From a virus, in UHGV virus genome UHGV-0203597: a DNA stretch of 41,485 nt. One strand, 5' to 3'. This document shows, in pieces, positions 34,510-41,485 of the stretch (position 1 is its first letter; each line of letters begins with the position of its first letter). The notes beneath the pieces are model-generated. The model saw only the letters and a list, made by a program, of their open reading frames with translations. It did not search any database and was not told the DNA's origin. Position numbers and translations under genes: made by a program.

Positions 34510-37023
34510 ATGCCAGTTGTACCAACAACATCGGGCCGTCAGGTTCAGAGCAGAGGGATTTCGACGCAGGGATTCTCATCGTTTCAGACGCCAAATGTCG
34601 GTGATGTACTTGGCGATGTTGCAGAGCAATATGCAGGTATTATTGCGCAGGCAAAACAGCGTGCGAATGTTGCTATGGCTCAGGATGCTTCTCTTAGCTT
34701 AAGCCAGATAAGCAGCGATCTGCTGAATAACCCTGAAACAGGTTTGCTTAACCTGAAAGGGAAAAATGCTATTGGAAAAGGTCAGGAGTATACGCAGCAG
34801 TTTGATGCCCAGGTCGAGCAACTGGCTATGTCGCTGCCGGATGAACAGGCTCGTAATGCTTTCATGCAGCAGGCGCAGCAGCAGCGCATTCAGTTCACTA
34901 CGCAGGCCGGGCGGCACGAGATAGGGCAAATAAATGCCTACGAAGAAGGCCAGTTTCAGGCGACGCTGCTGAACAATGGTAAAAATGCCGCAGCATTGTA
35001 TGGCGACAACGCCGCATACGTATTGGCTAATAAGCAAACTTTCCAGCAAATTGAGGATTACGGCATTGCGCATGGCTGGAGCGACGAGCAAATCCAGGCC
35101 AAGAAAATCGAGTTTAAAGAGAAGGTTGCTGATGCAGCATTGTCCCAGTGGTCGGCAAACAATGCGACCGCATTCATCCAAAGTAATGGCGAGTTAAGTG
35201 ATACTGCTGCTGGAGCTAGCCGTGCTGTAGCAGATAGTGATTCTTCCGAGCGTGCCCGTGGCATACGCAACAATAACCCAGGAAATCTCGAATACAGCAA
35301 AACCAATCCGTGGGTAGGCCAGACCGGTGATGATGGTCGATTTGCTAAATTCGAAACACCTGAACACGGGATTCGTGCATTAGGGCGGAACCTGATGTCG
35401 TATCAGAGGCAGGGTATTGATACCGTCAGCGAGATAATTAATCGCTGGGCACCGCCTACTGATAAAAATGACACTATGTCGTATATCAAAGCAGTGTGCG
35501 AACAACTTGGCGTTTCTGCTGATGAGCCTCTCGATGCATCTAATCCTGATACCCTGAAGGCGCTTTGTGCAGCCATTATCCATCATGAGAACGGTAGCCA
35601 GCCATACAGTGATCAGCTGTTAAGTGCTGGTGTCAGTGCAGCACTTGGTTTATCAACAATTCCAACCAACACCAAACGCTATACCGGTAATGCAGCATTC
35701 GATGCGGCATCTCCTGAGGCGCAGGCAAGTTTTATGCGACAGGCGGATCAACTGCGTCGGCAGCAGCAGGCTGAATATAAAACGATGATTGACAGCCAAG
35801 TTCGCGATGCGACAGCTGCGTATATGCGTGGCGTTGAATTTCCTAACCCACCTGGTGAGGCTGATTTTATTGCAGCTTATGGAGTCAGAGAAGGAAACCT
35901 GCGATATACCGAGTTCAGAAATACGCAAATCGCCGGACAGTATATAGGCTCTTTCCGCAACATGCCGACAAGCAGCATTACAGCATATGTTGAGCAATTA
36001 CGCCCGGATACTGGTGAGACAGGGGAGGGTTATGCGGCACGAGCCGCTCTTTATGACAACGTTGTGTCGGCTGCAAGTCAGGTGATAAAGCAGCGACAGG
36101 CTGATCCTGTACAGTTCTCTCTTGCCGCCGGACAGGCAAAGCCTATCGACATGAGCAATAAGGATAACTTTGGACAGAGCGTTGCCTTGCGTGCTGCTCA
36201 GGTCAGTGACCTTGCTAAGTCATATGGCACTCCACTGACGTTCTTTTCCAAAGACGAGGCCAATCAGATCGGTGTTTTCTTTCGTAATGCGCCCGTTTCC
36301 CAACAGGCAGCATATCTCGATACCATCAGGCAGAGCACTGGTGGTGGGCAGGTGTATATGTCAGCACTACAGCAGATCAGTGCCAACGCTCCATCTGCTG
36401 CCGTTGCCGGGATACTGATGGATAAGCCAGGTGGTATTTTGGCAGAAAAAAACTGGTTTAATCCGGATGTTTCCGTGTCTCCTGAAACCGCTGCGCAGAC
36501 AATTCTTGCTGGCGCGGCGGCTCGTAAAGGTACTGATGACGCGAAAGGTATTCCGATGCCTAAAGATGCTGATCTTCGCCTTGAGTTTTCTGACATGGTG
36601 AAGGATGCATTTGCTGGTGATGCTCAGGGGGCATCAATGGCATACGAGATCGCAAAGGACTATTACGCTGGTGTGATGGCGAAAAAAGGCGTGGTATCAG
36701 GCGAAATTGACAATGATATCTGGAAACAGGCTGTTAACGTAGCTACAGGTGGCGTGCATGACTATAACGGAATGGGGAATGTTCTTTTGCCTTGGGGAAT
36801 GTCTGCAGAGCAATTCGATAAGCAGGTTAATCAGGTTTGGAATGAACAAGTTGTTGGCACAGGGATAAAAACACCGCCTGGTCAGTATGGTTTGCAAAGT
36901 TACGGCGATAGTCAGTACCTGGTGAAACTTGGTACTGGTTATCTGCTAAAAGATGATGGTTCTCCCGTTGTTCTTGATCTGACACAGAAGCGTCAGAGAT
37001 TCTCCGGAGATATTCCGCAATGA
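34510..37023 (+). CDS. Internal virion / ejection protein (T7 gp15 position) with possible cell-wall hydrolase segment
   Basis: 837 aa; segment GIRNNNPGNLEYSKTNPWVGQ...RFAKFETPEHGIRA looks like a conserved enzymatic motif (unverified). Confidence 0.5.
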   Translation: MPVVPTTSGRQVQSRGISTQGFSSFQTPNVGDVLGDVAEQYAGIIAQAKQRANVAMAQDASLSLSQISSDLLNNPETGLLNLKGKNAIGKGQEYTQQFDAQVEQLAMSLPDEQARNAFMQQAQQQRIQFTTQAGRHEIGQINAYEEGQFQATLLNNGKNAAALYGDNAAYVLANKQTFQQIEDYGIAHGWSDEQIQAKKIEFKEKVADAALSQWSANNATAFIQSNGELSDTAAGASRAVADSDSSERARGIRNNNPGNLEYSKTNPWVGQTGDDGRFAKFETPEHGIRALGRNLMSYQRQGIDTVSEIINRWAPPTDKNDTMSYIKAVCEQLGVSADEPLDASNPDTLKALCAAIIHHENGSQPYSDQLLSAGVSAALGLSTIPTNTKRYTGNAAFDAASPEAQASFMRQADQLRRQQQAEYKTMIDSQVRDATAAYMRGVEFPNPPGEADFIAAYGVREGNLRYTEFRNTQIAGQYIGSFRNMPTSSITAYVEQLRPDTGETGEGYAARAALYDNVVSAASQVIKQRQADPVQFSLAAGQAKPIDMSNKDNFGQSVALRAAQVSDLAKSYGTPLTFFSKDEANQIGVFFRNAPVSQQAAYLDTIRQSTGGGQVYMSALQQISANAPSAAVAGILMDKPGGILAEKNWFNPDVSVSPETAAQTILAGAAARKGTDDAKGIPMPKDADLRLEFSDMVKDAFAGDAQGASMAYEIAKDYYAGVMAKKGVVSGEIDNDIWKQAVNVATGGVHDYNGMGNVLLPWGMSAEQFDKQVNQVWNEQVVGTGIKTPPGQYGLQSYGDSQYLVKLGTGYLLKDDGSPVVLDLTQKRQRFSGDIPQ

Positions 37024-38822
37024 GTTACTTTGGCCTTAATCCAGTAAACCAGAATCAGCAGCTTGACGAAGCAGCATCAAATCCAGCTGGCTTTAACAGC
37101 GATGTTGGTTTTTTCGACAATGCTGTAGGAGCGGCATTGTCTGGTTTGTACTCCGGGCTGGTGGCAAAGCCAGATCAGTTGCTCTGGGCAGGGATGGATA
37201 AAATCGTATCCCCGATTGCTCAGTTTGTTAACGAAAACACCTCGCTCAATGACACTTCAGTTTCATACATTGCCGAGCAGAGAAAACTAGCAGAGCAGCA
37301 GGTTAAGCGGCTGACGCCTGATGCCGCGACAACCGGAACCGCCGGGCAGGTTCTTTATGGGTTGTTCGATATGGGCGGGCAGGCTGTTGTCGGTACAACG
37401 CTCGGTGGTCCTGTCGGAGGTGCAGCGGCGGTAACTTCGCTACAGGGTTTTTCTGAGTTTGAACGGCTGACAGCACAGGGTGTTGATTTCAGGACGGCGC
37501 AGGAAGCGGGATTAGTGCAGGGCATTACTGCTGGTGCCGGAACACTGATCCCTATGAGCCTCGGGTTACGTGCTGGTGGTGCGCTGGCGGAAGGTGTGGC
37601 GGCTCAGCTTGCGCGGACGGGTGAGAGTTCAGTGCGACGCGCCGCAGCAACAGCAGTACGTGCAACGCCAGATATTGCCTATGCCGCAGGTACAAATATT
37701 GCGTTCGGTATGGCACAGCGTGGGCTTACTGCAAAAACGCTTCGTGATGGTGGCTATAGCGAAATGGCTAACCAGTATGATGTGTTGGATCGACAGGCAA
37801 TTGCTATTGATGCTGTTCTTGGGGTGGCGTTTGGTGGTGTCGGCAGATTTATTAACTCTCGCGGCGAGTCTACAAGCGCACCAAATTTTTCACAAGTTGA
37901 TGTTGATGCTGCACTGGCGGCGAATGCCGCTCATCATGCTGAAATTGATATTGCGCCCGGCGTGCCGATCAACGTGCTTTCGCGCAATTCTCACATTCAG
38001 GCTCTGCGAAAAGCTATGTCTGATGTTAGCCAAGGGAGACCTGTAGACGTTGCCAGCATTGTTGAGTCTGCATCTTTCAGTGAAATTCCTGGGCGCAAGA
38101 GTCTGCTGTCTCAGGCAGTTAATGAGGCTCTGTCATCTGTAGATGATGGAGTAACGGCGCGCTCTATAGAAAATCGGTTGCTTGAAGAACAGGCCGCGCA
38201 GCTTTTGCCGCGTGGAGATAGACAGGTTTACCAGTCTGAAATCGCTAATAGCCAACGAATTATTGAAAATCTCACTGAACAGCGTGCACAAATTCTTGCA
38301 GAAGATCCAACCGGTAGCGGTAAAGCTTTGTCTCGTGCTCGATCAGATAAACAGGCCAGACTTCGCGATATTGATCAACGAATCCGGCAGGCACAAGAAC
38401 GCCTGGAATTTTCCCGTAACGCGTTGGCACCGCACGAGCCTGGCGGTCAGTTTTTTGAAGCTCGAGCAGAACTGGCTCGGAGACAGCAGGCAGAAAGTGA
38501 ACTTAATGCTCAGGCTGTTTCATTCTATAAAACAGCAGAGGTCAGGACGCCAGACGAAGTAGCTCCTTTTGAGCCTGATAAAATATTGCAACAGGCAGAA
38601 CAAAAAATGATGGCGGATCAGGCGGGAGATATTGATCTGCGCATAGCTGAAGACTCGCTGCTTGAATCACCTGACATGATAATCACCGTGCTGGATGATG
38701 ATGGTAATCCACAATCGCGCAGCGCGCGTGAAGTACTGGATGAAGCGAACAGGGAAAGTGAGCAGGCAATACAGGATTCAAGCCTGTTTGATGTAGCTGT
38801 GGCGTGTTTCTTGAGAGGTTAA
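37020..38822 (+). CDS. Internal virion / ejection protein (T7 gp16 position, part 1)
   Basis: 600 aa; ATGA coupling; Gly/Ala-rich N-terminal region. Confidence 0.45.
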   Translation: MSYFGLNPVNQNQQLDEAASNPAGFNSDVGFFDNAVGAALSGLYSGLVAKPDQLLWAGMDKIVSPIAQFVNENTSLNDTSVSYIAEQRKLAEQQVKRLTPDAATTGTAGQVLYGLFDMGGQAVVGTTLGGPVGGAAAVTSLQGFSEFERLTAQGVDFRTAQEAGLVQGITAGAGTLIPMSLGLRAGGALAEGVAAQLARTGESSVRRAAATAVRATPDIAYAAGTNIAFGMAQRGLTAKTLRDGGYSEMANQYDVLDRQAIAIDAVLGVAFGGVGRFINSRGESTSAPNFSQVDVDAALAANAAHHAEIDIAPGVPINVLSRNSHIQALRKAMSDVSQGRPVDVASIVESASFSEIPGRKSLLSQAVNEALSSVDDGVTARSIENRLLEEQAAQLLPRGDRQVYQSEIANSQRIIENLTEQRAQILAEDPTGSGKALSRARSDKQARLRDIDQRIRQAQERLEFSRNALAPHEPGGQFFEARAELARRQQAESELNAQAVSFYKTAEVRTPDEVAPFEPDKILQQAEQKMMADQAGDIDLRIAEDSLLESPDMIITVLDDDGNPQSRSAREVLDEANRESEQAIQDSSLFDVAVACFLRG

Positions 38823-38827
38823 ATTAA

Positions 38828-41302
38828 ATGAGACAGGAATGTATACAAGCGGTCCAGCAGGCGGCGCAGCGCACGTTAACGGCGCGAGAAATACAGAACA
38901 TTGAAGACCGCATTTATCGAAATATGCGCTCCATTGCTCGTGATGACCCGATGTCGTGGAGACAACTTTCCGAATCAGAGCGGCTATATCGTGCAGCACA
39001 ATTGGCATCTGAAGAATTACAGCGAGAAGCGGCATTAAAGAAACGTCGTGTGGCCCTCACTATAGCCGCACGTCAGAGATTGGATAAATTTATCAATAGC
39101 TATCAAGGGGCTGATGGGAAACTTGGCGCTCTTAACCGTACTATTGCTTTTAATGCAGACGGTAAATCGAATTTCCTCTCTGTTGAGTCCAGAACAAAAG
39201 CCACTCGTGATTATGCATTGAGTCAATTGCAAGAGGCATTTGAAGCAGTTGATCCTCGCTTTTTTGGCCTGTTTGAAGATGAAGCTGGCGTGCGTGACCT
39301 GGTATATGAAATGCGAGGGCAAAATACTGGCAATGCTAAAGCAAGAAAAGGTGCTAAGGCGTGGAGAGAAGTTACAGAGCTGCTGCGCCGCCGGTTTAAT
39401 GATGCTGGTGGGGACATTGGCTATCTCGAAAACTGGGGGATCCCTCAACATCATTCTATGGAAAAGGTTGGGGCGGTATCAAAGGATAAGTGGGTTGGCG
39501 ATGTTATAGGTAAGCTGGATCGCAAATATTATACCCGAGCCGATGGACAACTGATGAACGATGCCGAGTTGTCTGCATTTCTTGGAGAGGCTTATAACAC
39601 GATAGCTACTGGTGGGCTGAATAAGCTTACTGATACCGGAATGCGAATTTCCGGCGCACGTGCTAACCGTGGTAATGCATCACGACAGATACATTTCAAA
39701 AATGCAGATTCCTATCTCCAATATCAACAACTTTATGGTGATCGCTCTCTATGGGAAATCATGGTCGGTCACCTGGAAGGTATCAGTAAAGATATTGCTC
39801 TGGTGGAAACATATGGTCCAAACCCCGATCATGTTTTCCGCTCCCTTCTTGATCAGGTTAAGGCAGAAACGGCAACAGCTAACCCTAGTAAAACCGGTAA
39901 AGTCGAGCGGCTGGCGAACAACACAGAGAATCTGTACAACTTTATTTCCGGAAAGACACAGCCTGTAGCGAATCCGCACATCGCGCGATGGTCTGACAAT
40001 ATCCGCAACTGGCTGGTTGCCAGCAGACTCGGATCCGCGTTGCTGTCATCGTTCTCTGATCTTGGAACCATGTATCTGTCTGCGAAGGTTACCAACCTTC
40101 CAATGAACCAGTTATTCCGCAACCAGCTTGAAGCTATGGACCCAACGAACCGTACAGAACTTGCGCGGGCGCGCCGCGCTGGTCTGGCGATGGAATCTCT
40201 ACTTGGCAGCGTTAACCGCTGGGCGATGGATAATATGGGGCCGTCAGTGTCTCGTTGGGCGGCAACGGCGGTAATGCGTGCCAGTGGGCTTACAGCATGG
40301 TCAGATGCGCACAAGCGCGCCTATGGCGTAACCATGATGGGAAGCCTGGGAGAAGTAGTGTCACGGACACCAGACCTTCGTAGCCTCGATGACTCTGATT
40401 TTCGTATCCTGAAAAGCAAAGGGATTACTGACACAGACTGGAGCGTATGGAAGCTGGCGCAACAGGAGGACTGGGGGAACGGTAATAATACGATGCTGAC
40501 ACCGGAAAGCATTATGCGTATCCCTGATTCAGCAGTTAAACATCTTGGTGAGCCTGAACGCGTGAAATTTGAGGCAATGCGTAAACTGCTCGGTGCCGTA
40601 ACTGAAGAAGTTGATATGGCTGTTATTACACCGGGAGCACGTGAGCAACTGATAACCGGTTCTGGTATTCAGCGTGGAACATGGAAAGGTGAATTAACGA
40701 GAAGTGTTTTCCTGTTTAAATCGTTCCCTATCTCGGTGGTTATGCGTCACTGGCATAGAGCTATGGGGATGTCGTCTGCTGGTGGGCGTGCGGCATATAT
40801 AGCAACGTTTTTAGCAAGCACAACCATGCTTGGTGCTCTTTCCATGCAGATTACTGATCTTATTAATGGGAGAAATCCAAAGGAAATGACCGGTGACCAC
40901 ATGGTTAAATTCTGGATAAATGCATTTTTAAAAGGTGGTGGGGCAGGGTTGTACGGTGATTTTCTCTTCTCTGACCACACTAGGTACGGGAGCGGCGCGC
41001 TGGCGTCGATGCTTGGCCCGGTAGCTGGTCTGGTTGATGACGTAGTGAAGATAGCTCAGGGCATACCTCTAAATGCTGTGGAAGGGAAGAATGAGCAGAC
41101 TGGTGGTGATCTGGTCAAGCTGGGGAAAGGTCTGATGCCAGGTGCGAATCTCTGGTACTTGAAGGCGGCTCTCGATCACATGATCTTTAACCAGATGCAG
41201 GAGTATTTTTCACCAGGCTATTTGCGTAAAATGGAGCAACGTTCGAAGAAAGAGTTTAACCAGACATACTGGTGGCGACCACAGGATGTCACTCCGCAAT
41301 AA
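38828..41302 (+). CDS. Internal virion / ejection protein (T7 gp16 position, part 2)
   Basis: 824 aa; GAGAGG RBS; last large structural gene before the accessory island. Confidence 0.45.
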   Translation: MRQECIQAVQQAAQRTLTAREIQNIEDRIYRNMRSIARDDPMSWRQLSESERLYRAAQLASEELQREAALKKRRVALTIAARQRLDKFINSYQGADGKLGALNRTIAFNADGKSNFLSVESRTKATRDYALSQLQEAFEAVDPRFFGLFEDEAGVRDLVYEMRGQNTGNAKARKGAKAWREVTELLRRRFNDAGGDIGYLENWGIPQHHSMEKVGAVSKDKWVGDVIGKLDRKYYTRADGQLMNDAELSAFLGEAYNTIATGGLNKLTDTGMRISGARANRGNASRQIHFKNADSYLQYQQLYGDRSLWEIMVGHLEGISKDIALVETYGPNPDHVFRSLLDQVKAETATANPSKTGKVERLANNTENLYNFISGKTQPVANPHIARWSDNIRNWLVASRLGSALLSSFSDLGTMYLSAKVTNLPMNQLFRNQLEAMDPTNRTELARARRAGLAMESLLGSVNRWAMDNMGPSVSRWAATAVMRASGLTAWSDAHKRAYGVTMMGSLGEVVSRTPDLRSLDDSDFRILKSKGITDTDWSVWKLAQQEDWGNGNNTMLTPESIMRIPDSAVKHLGEPERVKFEAMRKLLGAVTEEVDMAVITPGAREQLITGSGIQRGTWKGELTRSVFLFKSFPISVVMRHWHRAMGMSSAGGRAAYIATFLASTTMLGALSMQITDLINGRNPKEMTGDHMVKFWINAFLKGGGAGLYGDFLFSDHTRYGSGALASMLGPVAGLVDDVVKIAQGIPLNAVEGKNEQTGGDLVKLGKGLMPGANLWYLKAALDHMIFNQMQEYFSPGYLRKMEQRSKKEFNQTYWWRPQDVTPQ

Positions 41303-41312
41303 AAGGAGATAT

Positions 41313-41438
41313 GATGGTTCAAATAACTTTTATTGTACTAATATGTGCAGCGTTTTTATGCTATTCATACATTTTGATAAAAATGGGTTTCAATTGGAAT
41401 CTCTGTTGCGTGCAGCGGCATGGTTCGGCTTTGTAGTA
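41313..41438 (+). CDS. Small single-pass membrane protein (41 aa)
   Basis: AAGGAG RBS; MMVQITFIVLICAAFLCYSYILIK...; AT-rich; below ORF-track cut-off. Confidence 0.3.
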
Positions 41439-41485
41439 TTCGGAATTGTATTGTTCGGAAGAATAATAAAATAACTAGTTAATTT

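Noticed and set aside
41286-41474. 62-aa ORF from the track overlapping the end of the last ejection-protein gene
   Set aside because: Starts inside the upstream gene without an RBS; the alternative 41313-41438 frame has a strong AAGGAG RBS and a cleaner hydrophobic helix.

Overview
The window reads as one continuous, gene-dense phage genome of about 41.5 kb with no recognisable host flank. It is probably an essentially complete temperate short-tailed phage of an enterobacterial host, linearised arbitrarily inside an accessory island. All calls rest on reading the sequence and ORF track and on recalled protein-family motifs; no database search was run. Modules in order: (i) an accessory island at 41303-41485 plus 1-4257, holding a lipoprotein, a small secreted peptide, two paralogous YafO-family toxin-like genes each with an unrelated upstream partner, a BRO-N antirepressor-like gene, and a small Ant-C-domain gene preceded by a near-consensus LexA box; (ii) a tailspike with a T7 gp17-like N-terminus and C-terminal S74 chaperone, followed by holin(s), GH19 endolysin and Rz/Rz1; (iii) a tyrosine integrase; (iv) a leftward early operon (PPP phosphatase, MT-A70 adenine methyltransferase, PerC-like, AlpA-type excisionase, annealing protein plus exonuclease); (v) an immunity region with a dual-HTH repressor lacking an autocleavage domain and a cro-like gene; (vi) lambda-like replication genes with iterons inside the initiator gene, an HNH endonuclease and about ten small unknown genes; (vii) terminase small and large subunits, an antisense insert carrying tRNA-Arg(UCU) and a 135-aa gene, then portal, scaffold, capsid and T7-order tail-tube and internal virion proteins. 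Non-coding highlights are a 15-bp palindrome TTACC-N5-GGTAA at 14 promoter-proximal sites across all modules, a 12-bp palindrome GTGACATGTCAC at three gene 3' ends, and the single LexA box. The best candidates for an undescribed system are the duplicated YafO-like two-gene modules with novel partners and the LexA-box / small antirepressor / genome-wide operator induction circuit.
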